From Trichoplax adhaerens (lineage: Eukaryota; Animalia; Placozoa), in the NCBI RefSeq assembly GCF_000150275.1, contig NW_002060945.1, positions 2,503,172 to 2,567,171 on the forward strand: a stretch of DNA of 64,000 nucleotides, read 5' to 3'. Shown piece after piece: positions 1 to 14,400 of this stretch (position 1 is the first letter of the stretch; each line of letters begins with the position of its first letter). A program made the position numbers and the translations under genes. Below the pieces are notes generated by a model. The model made no database searches. It had not been told where the DNA came from and worked only from the letters and a program-made list of their open reading frames with translations.

Positions 1-596
1 CTCTATTTATCTTAAACATTTCCATGGATTTTCGTTAGTTTATAGTATTTTATAAAAGTAGCCTCGAAGTGTTCTGTCGCAACTTTAATCAATTAGCGGA
101 TTAAAATCTGTTCCCTACCTCAAACATTTCCACGAGCTATCGTTAATTTCTAAAATTTTTATTAAAGTACTGTATGCACTAAACTATTGACAGATCTTAG
201 GGTTATAGGCAATAAAATTGTTATCTAGAATAACTCTAATATTACTCACATCTTTAAGGAAGATTATTTTTCGTTGAATAGTTTTAACAGGACACTTTTG
301 CCCGCCTAAAGAGGGTTCTTTCCAGCCTAATGAAAGCAAAGTAACCATACGCTCCAGTAGTAATACTTCTACCAATTGCCTATCCGTGACATTTAACGCT
401 TTCTCAATTATTGTAATGCCTTAGTATAGCTTTAAAATTTTAAAAGATGAACTGAATTAGGTGTCGCTAATGATAAGGTAATATTTTGTATAATTAGGGC
501 AATTTTCTTAATTTACTCAATGATTGTAGAGTCAGGAACTAGAATTATCCTCCTTAAAAGTCCGAAAGAGTGTTATAAACTGGTTGTTTAATATAG

Positions 597-3500
597 TTGA
601 AGAAAATAGTGAATCTCTCTTTGCTGGAGATCTCGCTATTTCAGCAAAGCTACTCTCTCGAATCAATTATGAATCGGATGTAATATCTCTTCCTCTCATA
701 ACCGTTAGTAACTTTATCATTCATTGATTTAGTCCATTATGGCATTTCAATCTAGGTCATTTTATATGATTGCTTTACAATTCATATTTACGTTACAGAA
801 ACTAATTGATATAGGAAGTCGCCTTTTGCATTTACAATATACCAAAGATTGGCATAAGATTCAGCAGGTAATTAGTTTATTACTGACTATGCAAGTGCTA
901 ATTTATCCAAAAAATATTAGATTATGATGAGCTACACTGTGCCTAAGAGCGAATGACTCTCTTTTTTTGGCTAGTCTACACTATCTTGTGGAAATGAATA
1001 TGATAGCGTAGCGGTCATGATAAGCTTGAAAAGATTAGCTGCTAAGTTGAATAATGATTTTAATCAAACTGGTCCTCAACTAATCGATGTTACTTCACAA
1101 AATATAGGTAGGATTAAAAATAAAACTGATTTACAATAATTAAGTATGCTACGATCCCAATTATTCAAGATATTTCCCGTTACTGCCACAATTCCAAGAA
1201 CTGCAAATCCAGACCATCAGGTATAAGGATGTAGAAAAAGACTCTGATCACGATGAAGATGAACACGATGATAAAAAATCTAATATATTAGAAATATCTA
1301 CTCGTCAAGCTCATAATATAGCTCACATATGGCAACATAATCATGTACAAATAATATTAAATGCAGAAGCTTTACGAGAAAATCATGGTAAGCAAAGCCT
1401 GTTGACATCAATCTTTGTTGAATTTAATCTAATAATTTGATCGTGCGATCTACTTTCTATTTGCTATCATTTTTTCAATATGTTGCGTTATACTCCAATT
1501 GATATCCTGGATTATGAATAAAATCAACACGTTTGGATATTTACGCATCCTAAATTTGTGATATGGATCACTATCCATAGCCACAAGAATAGTCACGATT
1601 TATTTTAATACATTAGATGCAATCATGCCCTTACAATTAATAAATCCAAGGTAAGTTTAGGACTAGATCTCAGATCATTTATGCCAAATAACTGATTTAT
1701 GGCTAATTTAACTATATAAGAAATCTATAATACAAACGGATTGGCATTAAGGTTAATTTAATAAAAATCTTAAAAGTTCCATTTGATATTTGATCGTTCT
1801 AAGAAATTTCTCTCAAGCAAACCCCATTTTAAATTCTGAAGTAATCGCAGCTTTCTTTTCTACATCATTGCAAAGTTACGACGAATTTTCACTGCAATTA
1901 ATTTTTAAGAATAAATTTGTAAGTAACATTGCTGCTGGATACTTACTATTATAGTAATAGTAAAAGACTACTACTCGGTCATTACAAATATATAATTTGT
2001 TGCTGATTGCGTACGATATTTTATAAATACATCAGTGTAAGAGCTATTTACATCATCATTCAGGTTTTGTTGATAGATAAGAATGGAATTAAACATAGTT
2101 CTAACGTAAAGTTGATTTGTCATGCCGGTATTTTAGCCAAATTTAACCTTAAATAACTCGAAAATCAGTAATCGATGGTGTGGAACGTGGTTAGCTAATT
2201 CTGTTAATGGGTAAGATGTTAGATGAAGCAGCCGATGGTAAATGACAAGTAATTTTTCACTTTTAATTTAATTATCATTTGAATTGAAGGATGAACAATA
2301 ATTTAGATAGAAGCAATTTAAATTATATTTTACACATATACACAATATAATTCTGAATACTTAGTTAAAAACGCAACCGATACAATACGTTAAGCTTAAT
2401 TTCATTTTATGGACTGCAGTAGTTACTCTTAAAAGTAGAAATCCTTGCTACTTTGTTTTATATGTGTCTATCCTTTACAAAATTTATAGCTGAAGAATAA
2501 GTTTACTTAAATTGAATGTCTTATTCTTGGTACAGAATTACAATTCGTGTTGCTTGTACTTTAATATAAGCAATCATAGTTATATTCTAATATTTAATTT
2601 CTGCTTAAACATCAGAATCTTCAAGTTCTTTTATGCTAAGCATTGGCTATGTTAATTTTATATATGCATAAGTAGATGTGGTTTTAGAAACATAAATATC
2701 CTATAAGCTAAGGGTTTACTTCGATGACATATATACTAGTACAGCATATAAAATGGTGTTGGACTTGCTGCGCGACATATAACATTATTTTTAGACCTAA
2801 TTTTAGTAGCAGTGTTGTATCCAGTGATAAATAATGGAATATCTAAGACAATAAGTTGTAATTTGCGACATTTGATTCGTACGCATTGTGGATTCAGAAC
2901 TGCTCTTTATATCTAACAGGCTATTTCAGGAGTATATGTATTATTTGCATTTTATACGAGTATGTTCGATAATTTAATAATACATTAAATTAGATAATAG
3001 CAGCTCATGGATAGCACAGAATGGGAGATCTGTGGATATTTTATGATATAATGAATTTTTCCACTGTATAAACAGTATCAAATTTTAAAATAGCAATATG
3101 CTGTACTATAACTTCAAAATTTAGAAATTATACTAATCCTTGTTGATAATAAATGTTTTTATTTTACCTTGCAGTACCTGCGGCTGGTCTGATTCAAATT
3201 GCAGTATAGGAAGTCAGTCTAACTCTACCCATACCGTCTGCTTTTGTAAATTTATCAAGGCAGCATCATTTGCTGCTTTTTATCAAGAGAGTAATATGAG
3301 CCAGGCAAGTCAGGTAAAAATTTTAATATTTCCTCAAAGTTTGAATAAAAGAAACTAATAATGATACTGCTTATAGGTCCTAGTTGCCTTCTGGACGGCA
3401 ATATTTTCTTACTTAAGACAGTATTCTTATTTATTACTTTTGCTGCTAGCTGATAATACTAATCCAGCCAATCACGTTAGCAACCTATTTTGGATACAGC

Positions 3501-6500
3501 TTGTCCATTTCAGGACTCGTTATTACGGCAGGGATCTTTCTTTTCTCCCCAAGGTAGGTTTGTTAGAGTAATTGCTTTCGGTCTTCTTATGGATAACAAA
3601 ATATCTTATAATTTCGATTGATATTGCAGAATTTCTGTAGAGCTTCTAGTTTTACTTATCAAGAAGTTTTGACTTTTGCAGTTAGATCAGTATTATTCAG
3701 AAAATACGATATAGTTTCATGATAAATACGTGTGAATTTGAGCTACTGTATAACTTGATTACATGAACAGAAAAGGTCTTAAATTAAAAGTGATATTGTA
3801 AGTCTATTATTGATTAAAAGAATTAAATGATCATGAAGATAATAAATAAAAGTACACCTGTTATTTGAAGATTAATGCGCTAGTTTGTTATAAGAGTATT
3901 AGAAAAATAAGGTTAAGTAGATGCTAGCTAGAGAAGGATGTTACCTTACTCAGTACGTAAGGTGCTGATTAGATTAACATTACGAGCCTAATATATTGAA
4001 AGTATGCTCAGGCTAATTATCAAACCCAATCTAAATATCAACAATTTTTCTCTTTACCTGCAATGGTTGTAGAATTAGTTTTAGGAAAGTAGAAGTAATA
4101 ATATACCTGTCATTATATTCGTTAGACGATGATAACATGTTTATCTAGTAAATTCGATACTAATGAGATCAACATTAGAGATCTTATTCGATATTAATTA
4201 GATATATACTCTATTGAATGGGGATGAGATGATGACTATTAATTGGTTAAATGAACACTAGGAGACCAAAATTAACCAAGAAAAGTTGCATAATTAAGTT
4301 AAATGTAATTTTTGGCACTTTGGTTGTCAACGTATTAGCAATTATGCACCCTTTTGCAAATGAGAACAAAGTAAGTAGGTAATCATAAATTGCTGATCGT
4401 GACAAAATCTATAAATTTAAATAGAGGAAACAAGTGCTATATAATGATTAATTATTCTCACTGACTCATCTTAAACTTTAGACAATGTGCATCCTTATGG
4501 CAGTAGGATTACACTATAGCCTGATAATGCTGTTTATTTGGATTTTCCACGATAGCCTGGATTTATTTCTAAAATTATTTAAAGATTTGGAATCGATAAT
4601 CCAATGCAGTTGGTATTTTATTTCAGCTTATAGTAAGTTACCTTTAATTAATGTTAAAATATTTAACCCATACGCCCGAAAACTTCCTGACAAGTTTCCT
4701 AGTCTAACGTAAAGCACTAACTTCGAGTTGCTTCTACAGATTACTATCCTAATCTATCGAAAGATCTAGTAATAATATAGTACTGCTACTATAAGGCCTA
4801 GGAACTACTCTTCTAAAAGGCTCAAAATTAGAATTACACGCTGTATTATAATCTATAAAACATGTAAAATTAAACACTGTAAGCAACAATACTTTCTTAA
4901 ACTCTATAATTTAGGCAACCTAGTGCTGTAACACCTTAATATAATTCATGATGATTGCATACTGTAATACAATATACAGTAGAATCACTAAACATGAAAT
5001 ATTAGCGGGTTTATTAGCGGCCTAATTGATTTTCGAGCTTCTATTATCCAAATTTAACAATATCTCATGTATTTCATAAATTTGGGATTGATTTGAAATA
5101 TATGAAGCTGCTACAAGTTGTTTTTCCTTGTCAATGCTTTTAGTGTTTCCACTATTTATCGTGGGATTTACGTTTAGCATCACGAGCGCGATATTCGGTG
5201 TGGATAATTATGTCAATTTTGAATCGTAAGTTTATTTCATAATAAAAATAATCGTTCCAGTAGAGCATAGACTAAAATATGATGAGAGCGATAGTGAAGG
5301 TGTATAAATTGACTAAGAATATTGAATAAATAGTTACTAACTGACCTTTAACATTAATGATTTGCCAAGGTGTTGGCTAACTACAGATCCTCCTATGTAT
5401 TTAGCTTTTATCGTTCCGATATCATTCCTGATATTGGTAAAACTAGTTTAATTTTTCATATCAGATAATTATAATGAAGGCTTATTTATATCTGTAAAAT
5501 ATTCAGTCAAGTCAAATTTATATTTCTGAATTTCATAATTATCATTTCATCATTTCTGATTGCCGTCTAGGTTAAATTGATCCTGTGCACCTTAACATTG
5601 CGAATTAAACCAAGCATTAAGGATGGAGAATCAAGTTTTAATGATACCTATTTCCCTTTGGAATCAATGTTAGTAATTAACGCTTTAATATCAGCATAGA
5701 TAAACTTTGTAGTAGGCATTTACATCAAGTAATCTACAAGACTATGAGTGACCTTGAATCTACAGTATAACAAAATAGCTTGAAAGCAAATTTTTTACTA
5801 GAATAAGACATGAAAAATGAGGATATTATCATACGGTAACAATATGATTTTGGACGAGACCAGTTAAAAAGGTCTACTTACTTATTTCACTTCATAATCT
5901 CAGAAAGAGATCGGCTCGAATGTCTGTAATTTTTTTAGCGGTGGCAACTATGTGCTGGATTTCTTTTACGATTGGAATATGGACCAATTCTATGATATTC
6001 CGCAGTAGCTTTGCTATATTAAATGGAGTACAGGTAAGAAAAATTATAAAATAAGTATAACTTACTGGGATAGAAACAACAGTACTTATATTAAACTAAT
6101 CTTCGTAGCATTCTACAGATAAGTAATTGCAATTTCTTATCGTAAATGGGATATCTAGTTTAGTTATGATTGCATATATTTAGCAATTATAACCGTCATT
6201 GAAATCATAGTAAAATTCGGTTCGTGTTTTAGGGAATTTGTTTGCTTTATATCTACTGTTTTCAGCTTGATCACGTAAGTACATTATTGGATTACTCAAA
6301 GTGCTGCAAACTTCAATTCTTAGGACTTGCCATACCTTACAGTCAATAGAATACTATCAGAGAAATATTTTCCATAGTAGTAAAAAAATTTTGTAATTTA
6401 TACATCTTTTTGTTCCAGAAATGTCGATGGATTCGAGATAGAAGTACTGATACCTCATGTGAAGAATATGGACATACTCTCGAATTGACTCGGTAATATT

Positions 6501-6713
6501 ATAAATTAATTAAAAAATGGTAGAGCAATTCAGGTGTATATAATAGGCAATATACAAAAATAAGATTCTTTGGCGATTAATGATGCTACAGTACTAGTTT
6601 AATATGGTGCTAAGATTAAACTAGTACTGCAACATGATTAATTACAATTTGATTTGTCATTAAAACATGCATAGGTACAACCAGCGACTATATGAGATCT
6701 TTATCGAACTGTA
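597..6713 (+). CDS. Adhesion-class (family B2) GPCR, GAIN/GPS domain + 7TM; multi-exon, 5' end probably outside the window
   Basis: Exons translated by hand. GAIN-like: EENSESLFAGDLAISAKLL (~597-679), KLIDIGSRLLHLQYTKDWHKIQQ (~799-867), VTSQNI, PILNSEVIAAF (~1804-1918). GPS: TCGWSDSNCSIGSQSNSTHTVCFC (~3175-3312). TM1 ITLATYFGYSLSISGLVITAGIFL (~3450-3553); TM2 ~4262-4370; TM3 CILMAVGLHYSLIMLFIW (~4482-4632); TM4 ~5144-5225; CWLTTDPPMYLAFIVP (~5371-5436); TM6-7 ...FAILNGVQ|GICLLYIYC (~5903-6033, ~6233-6274); tail ending in TAA ~6713. GT-AG boundaries. Exons just before the GPS are not fully resolved. Confidence 0.85.
4663..4943. repeat. Dispersed repeat family A, copy 1 (in GPCR intron), probable non-autonomous transposon fragment
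   Basis: Colinear with 34627-34880 (e.g. ttcctgacaag...ctagtctaacgtaaagcact...gagttgcttctacagattact...gcaacaatactttctt...tagtgc-gtaacac-ttaatata). Confidence 0.85.
6576..6642. repeat. Intronic inverted repeat/hairpin
   Basis: Perfect 15-bp arms cagtactagtttaat (6589-6603) / attaaactagtactg (6615-6629) with an 11-nt loop; extends imperfectly to attaat on both sides. Confidence 0.8.
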
Positions 6714-8411
6714 ACAAGCAAATCTAGCTCTATGTTCTCGGCTCTGTAAAACTAGTTATAAAATTTTCTTCCTTAGACAATGCTTCCTGTAAAAATATTC
6801 AGTTATAATTAAATGTTTGATAATGCTAGATCATCTGAATAATTTACATCATCTAAGTAAAAAAACTTTTTAGTTTTTGACGCCAGCTATTTCTAATTTA
6901 TGTGTGATATAACTTACGAATACGTGCTATAAAGTTATAAAAACAGCTAGACTGTAGACTACTATACATTGCATCATTGATTTCAAATAGCAAAAGCGTA
7001 ATTAAAATTTAAAACTGACTTGTTATAACTCTATTGGACAACTATTATAGTTCTAAACTTTTACTTCTTTCCTTTTCTTACGAATAGTCGATCTGTTATC
7101 AATGTGGCACCTTACTTTGATGAATCAACCTGAAATGGCAATAAAACAAAAGGAATTTTGGGAATCGTATAGCAAACGAATCTTCAAAATATTGTCAATC
7201 TCACTTACAAGTATTATATAATTAGATTTAGATCATCTTATGCTAATATTTTAAATTTATTGAAAAGTTGCCTCTTTCATCTTTATTGACACTAATATTT
7301 ACAAATTTGAGCTATTGCCTCTCAAAATGGATCATTAAGCCTACCTAATACTTACATTATTAATAGTATTCGTGTTGATATGCTTAATAGCACGACTTGG
7401 ATCTTAATAAGGTAGATGATGAGCTTATACTGTAGCTTGCGTTAATACGCAATAGTACGGTTATGATTTGTACCTTGATTTATACGATAGTTTCACGAGT
7501 CTACAATACTGTTGCATGTCAGTAATATATGTAGACGGTACATTGTACAGCTACAAAAAGGTAACAACAGCTGTAATAACACTTAACCCATTTTATTGCC
7601 AAATTAGTAACAAAGTCAACATATTGGTTATTTCATTCATGAGATGATAACTATCGTACGCGTATACTATAATTTCATTCTATCGTAAAAATAATAACAA
7701 AACCAGTTAATAAAATCTAAGAGCGGACCAGTAATACATAATGTGACCTAGATATTCAGTTATTCAATCACTGCAAAAGTTACATGTTATTGGTTAATTT
7801 CGTATTGAACAATTCTCATGCGGTTAAAGCTATAGTAAATAGCAAAGGTAATATACTATCGTAAATAGCTTGGATAAATCTTCTGAAACCAACCGAGTAA
7901 ATTGACGAATATTCGTAGAAAAGTTGCTAAAAATCATGATGGAAGTCACGCACAACATTCTATCATAGCTTATATATGATTAAAGCTAGACTAATCAAAT
8001 AAAGCAACGTTGGCGCTATTTGCTTTACGCGAAAGTATCTAAATCTATTTACCAAAAACCAATCAGCACAAGCGTAGAAGTACAATATATATAATTCATT
8101 AAATTTTTTTCAACATTTAGTAACAGTAACACCACTAGAAACGTTATAATATGAAAGCATGGGATAAGTAATTATTATGATTATCGGATACGATATAAGG
8201 AGCGGCATAGTATAAGTTATTAAACCTCCAATTTTAAATCTTAAAACGCAAAGTTTTGTATAAACTTGTACACTCATACGTGTCATTTATCTGTATGCTA
8301 ACAAAAAATTTAACAAATGCATAGAACTCGTTCGACTAAATCAGAAAAAATGCGAGTTACGGCATAAGCAAACACCCCTACATGTACTAGCTACGATTAC
8401 ATTATTTCATT

Positions 8412-11400
8412 TTAAGCATTGGAATTATTTCTAACAAGTTTATCGTCTTCAAGTGCTTGCTTGGCTAAATATTCTTCACGCTTAATAGTTAATCGTAACG
8501 ACTTTGGTATATCCGGAATAGCGTAGCCAATGGCGAATTTGATAAAGAAAATCAAATGCTGTAATTTAAATAATTTAAAACGATTAATTAACGTTCACGA
8601 TATATGAATTAAAATTTTCACGATTTCATAATGATATATTGATTTCAAGATCTCTACCATTGGCCATTTTTAAGGCCATATTAATAAGGACGTAAGGTAT
8701 ATATCCACATTGTCAATAGCGACAGCCATATGTAACATAGTCATAAATATTTGTTTATTCATAATAGGTGCTTACCTCGAACACGACAACAAATGCAAGT
8801 CTTACTGTCATAATGCGCCAATAGTTCAGATTGTAACTATATGGATATTCAGTCTGTCGATATCCAGAATACCTTTATTAATTACAATAATATAATAATA
8901 ATGTTAGAATCGCAATTTTTCCTATTTTGATTCCGTGGAGTTGAAATTATGTTCGATGGTGTACAAACGAATTTTTTAACTAACCTACAAAACGTTGAGG
9001 TGTAGCTTAGCTGCCCAGACAAATTTGCTTTCGGAATCTCGCTGCTAGGGAAATCAGTGACGTTGAAGTAAGATAGTGAAAAGTTTACATAACCATCCAG
9101 AGTTCCAGACTGACTGACATTACCATATTCGTAAACCATTCTTGGGATAAAGTCAGAAGTGACTGCAATAACAAAGGCCTAAAAGGACGCAAAGTTGATT
9201 CTTGATTAACAGCACCAATCAAGTCTAGTCAACTTAGATTTATTTCTATAAATTAAATTGAAATACACTAATATGGTGTTATATACTATTTAAAAGAATG
9301 CATACATTTGTTATAACGGCCATTTTGCTAATAGAGTCCAATATACCATACCAAGCACCTACAATGAAAATATATTAGATTTTTTACTATAACATTGAAT
9401 ATTAATTATGGAAGAGCTACAAATACCAATATTGGGAGCTTGAGCTGCAAGGGGTCGCTGCAACTGAGTTATAAATTTATAGGCATCCAAACGGATCTCA
9501 ATAACATTATTTAATAAGGCGAAGAAAGGTGCCAAAGGAAACGCAGCCACGAATAATGTTATAAAACCAAACTGGATAACTAATTTAAATAAATGACAGA
9601 ATCTAGGTTAACCTATTACCGGATCGATGGCGTTATTAACCATAATTTATACTTGTCTACTTACCCATTTCAAGATATTCAAAGAATAGTCCCTGTTGGC
9701 CTAATTCCTGCAGGTCCTCGTCTTCCTCCATCAATGGAATATCTTTTTCACTACCATCATCTTCTTTGTCAATGTTGCGGCGTGCAATCCAATTTTTTAT
9801 TTTACTTTTATACCCATCGAAATTTAGAGAAATTAAACGCATAATACTCATAGCTTGTAAAAGAATAAAGCAATGCCCTAAATAGATACATACGGTAAAA
9901 TAAATTCCAAAATGTTATTCCAAGCTTGCTTGCCAACCATGATAATCGCGAGTTGAATACATAATTCAACCAAGCATCCGCCGCTAGAGCACTAAACATG
10001 TAAACATGTAGCATGCAAAAGTGATTATACTATATATTTTATCGTCTCGTACAGTATAGTATATTATTTCTTATTGAAATAAAGCTCAAAAACATAGATT
10101 TGCTTACTTGTTGTTGGCGTAAACCTAAAAGACTTCTATTATAATTATTCGGACTACCAGAAAATCTAGTGTTATAAAAAAATAATTAATTGATGATATG
10201 TAGCTCTCTAAATCTTCTAAACACTTTAAAAGGAATATAAAAATATCGTACTTACGTGCCCTTAAAGAAAGCGATATAGAAAAGCGATGAATAGTAGTTG
10301 ACAAATTGGAATAAAAACATCTTAACGGTAAAGGCTCGATCATATTCTGATTGTGTTCTGTACCTTTCTATAGTACGATATAAAAATATTTAATAATACT
10401 CATATGACAACATAAAGACAACATGATAAGCTGGACTACTCACCCCAATCCGTTAACTTGTAGGCTAAAATTTTATATACCTAACATATAGAAAAATAGT
10501 CATGAGAAAACTAAAACGAGCTAGTTATAAAATATGTTTGCACATGCACTTGACATTTAGAACAATGAAGTATCAGATAAATTCAATCCAATTGGCACTT
10601 ACAACTCCCAGTAACATGATCACAACAAGATTAATAGCAGCAGCTGTGATAGATGTAAAGATGGAAGCTGCTTGGCTAATCAGGGCAATATTTGTTCGTA
10701 AAAGCAAGTACGTAATACCCAATCGGTAGATGATAACAGCAAAAACGGCAGCAATTACTAAGCAAATCTAATTGAAATTAAAGTTCTTGTTACTAGGCCA
10801 TAACATCAACGGTACGAACGGAATTAGTTATGATCTATTAATTATTCTAATTTCGTATGAATTATAACGAATGTAAAGAATGAATCGAAAAATATCAGTT
10901 GTATATAAAGTGCTTACCATAAAGACAATAGAAATATCGCCAAGGAAATATCGAGGAAGTCTCTTAGTTGGAGTAAAGTATGGTTCTTCGTGCTATTACA
11001 AAAGAATAGAGTAACCAAGATACGCTATTATATACCGTCTTAATATTTCTTCTAAGCTAAGGCTATAGTAGTTGTATCTAAAGCTTACTCCAGTAACCGG
11101 ATTAACACGATATGAGCCTTCTTCGGCGCATTTTGCTTCATATTGAGCTCGTAATGGTTCCTGATAACACAAAGTAAAATGAACTAGTTACCCTTGCTAG
11201 CTCTTATTCTGAACACATAATACAACGAAAAAACGTACTTCTTCGGCTTCATAATCGAGAAGATCCCATTCAAAGGCAATTCTGGCTTGCCTTCTTTTCC
11301 AAAATTCCAAAAATAGTGTAGCTATAAAAAAATAACGTATAGCAATTTCAGTATCAACTATCCAGTAATCAATCTCGGCAAATAACGAAATAAAAGTAAC

Positions 11401-14400
11401 TGCTGTATAGTCGCGATTAACTCATTTGTCCTAATTGGTAATTGTTGTTAACCAGTAAATTTCAGTACTAAGTACTTTTGAATCTTACATACCCCATAAA
11501 GACATGAATACAGCAAAGAAAACCGTGAAACCATTATCGAATAAGTGTTGGGCCTATATTCAATATATTCAATATACTTTACATAGGTAAAAGGGCATAC
11601 AACGTAATATTTAATCTAAGTGCGTTTCTTTACGTAGTTCGCTGTCGTAGAAAGAAACAATTTTGTTATATTAAATTACATGCCTTAGCATAATTGCAAG
11701 TTGTTCTCAATTCCCAGTAAGGACATAGTTCATCACATAGTGGACACATGTAAAACTGCTTGCGAAGGTTATAACTGCAAATCTCGGAGCTGTTTAGTAT
11801 ACATATAGTTTTAATTTGAGGGCCAACATTACCTGATTTACATTTTGTGGTTAATCTATTTATTCTCATATGAGTTTGAAACTTACGAGACTTTGTCACT
11901 TCCCATAGTAAATAAACCATAAAGGAAACATAAAACTCCAAGGATTGAGGCAGGTATAAGCATTCCGGTGTAGAATCCTGATGAAGGAGATATATTATCG
12001 CTTAATATCATTTATAATTTTCAAAATCTACTCGCATCTAACCTAGCCATGCGAAATAAATTCCAATCTTTTCACCAAAGTATTTTCTGTTGTAACATTA
12101 GGAAGGCATTTACATGTTGAGTATTGATGTAAAGATTAGTATCCGCATATGTTAACTTACATAAAGATCAAATAATCCTAATATGGAATACCCTTTTATC
12201 GTTCACCTGACTAAATCGAGAGGTTGAAATTTATACCATCTTCCCGGTCGTGCCCATTCTTGTCGAAGAAGTTGTCGATCGTTTTCTGGTGCATGAGTGA
12301 GGAGAGATTCGCCAAATTCCGAAGGCCCCTATTATAAATAAAGTTAAACTTTCGGATTAAAATCTTTGATAGTTTCTAGGGGATAAAGATCGAGAGGTAG
12401 AAAAAAGCTTAAATTGTAGTGTAAAAATTTTTTACATCATGAAGAGGAAATGATTTCTCAAAAGCACCCTTGGATATCAAGCGATAAGCTCCTATTGTAA
12501 TAATTATAATTATGAAGGTATAAAAAACTTCAAAGAAGGTACTACGCATATCAGTGATATTGAACTAATTGATTATAAATACTTAAAGAACGCTAGGCAA
12601 AGTCATCAATGCTTTAAAAATTATTTACTCACCAAATTTTGTCCTGTCATTTTCTTTATAATCAACGCGTTTGAGGATATAGTCAACCTGTCAGATTCAG
12701 TAAAATTACTCCATTACAATTATAACAATAAAGTGTAGGCATTATAATATAGTCTAGCCATAACTTTTGGTTATAGCTTAAACATAGCAGGTAAAGACTA
12801 ACCACAGCGCTTCTCTGAGCTGAGGTGAAAAAGGTATCGCGATCTTCGATGAGAAACCTAACGCATTGTTACATAGTCATACGTTCTAGGAAGGTTACAT
12901 AACTCATCTACCTATGTGATTTTTCTACCATTATTACTGACTTACTTGTTGATTGCAGAATTTTTAAACGCACAGGTATAGTGAGGATTATAGTCCTTTT
13001 CAAGGTAAGGACTATCCAATTCAAATGGACTAGGGCACGTTTGGCAAGTTGGTTCAGGCTCGATGAATTCATGGTCATTATTTAATGCACTCTGTTAATA
13101 GCATAGAATAGATAACTTTTCTAAAACAGATCAAAGGCTGTTAATGTAGATGATTGTTGAATTGAGACACACTATCTGTTGTATTCTTTACCCAGGAAAA
13201 TCTGACACTTAGTTGTACAGTATATTATTATTACAAAATATGGCAAAAATGAAACTGCAAATACCCCTTGATAGAGTTTGGTATTCGAATAGAAAAATGA
13301 GCAACTTGATTGACTAAAGATTAAAAGTTGTTACAATTTACGCTAAGTTAAGGAGATGTAACCTCTTTGATAGGCATATTAAATCTCATGATTTCAGCGT
13401 ACTCCAAGAGGGTTGTCCAAGGTGCATGAATTTTGATATAGTTCGTGACTTTATCAACTGAAGCCTGCCATTAGTAAAGATTTAAAAATACCTTATTACT
13501 CAATCGATTTCATTGAGCCCTTTTACATGATTTTCCAAAACATTTCTTTTGGTATAAATCATATTTGCAACATACTATCTAAAAACGAATATCTGTATTT
13601 ATGACAATCATATGCTTACCTCAGAAGATTGTTCTTCTAACTGCACTTTAGCAAGATCGCGCAACGAGTCCAAAAATGCTTTGCGTCTCTCTGAGTTTTT
13701 ATGCTCCTTTTCTGCATCGCTTGAGATTTTGTACGTTAAAACCCAATCTGTTGAAATACGGGATATTCAATTATAGTGCATTGTACTCAATAACATGAAG
13801 CTATATTATGATCGTTCTAGAAATCTTTTTCGATTTATCCAATTTTAATAGCGTGTTCTATCGAAACCTAATATAGCGATTTAATATGGCTAAAATTACA
13901 GTCATACGCAGACGAATTATTCTGGATGGTATGATAAATATTGTCACTTCAGATCTGCATCATAACGATAAGGAAGACTTTACCCACAATAACATTATGC
14001 GATAAGGCTTATACAATCTACAACTATCTGGGTATGTACTGTACTACTTCAATCGACGAAGCAGAACCTAATGCAAGCGTTCAATTCTAAGTAAACTGGT
14101 GTACAATTAGCATTTTTTTAGACAAGTTCTATCAGCAATACTGTGTAGATAGTGGATTTATTTAGTACTATTTCGTATTCTATGAAATTGTTAATTTCTA
14201 ATAGCCATTCAATGGATGGATCATTTACTAACCTATTCTTCTTTCGCCGTCGTTAAAATAGACAGAATTGCTTTTCTTTTCCTATGCAATTCAAGAATGA
14301 GCATTAAAAGAAAGAAGAAGAATGAATAATCATGCGGTTGTGATGATTTTGTGGTGTATTTATTATACTATACTCGTACTTTATTATTGTTTGAACCGAA

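Noticed and set aside
7100-7960. Several minus-strand splice-like signals and short open frames between the GPCR and the anoctamin
   Set aside because: No coherent ORF or recognisable motif could be assembled.
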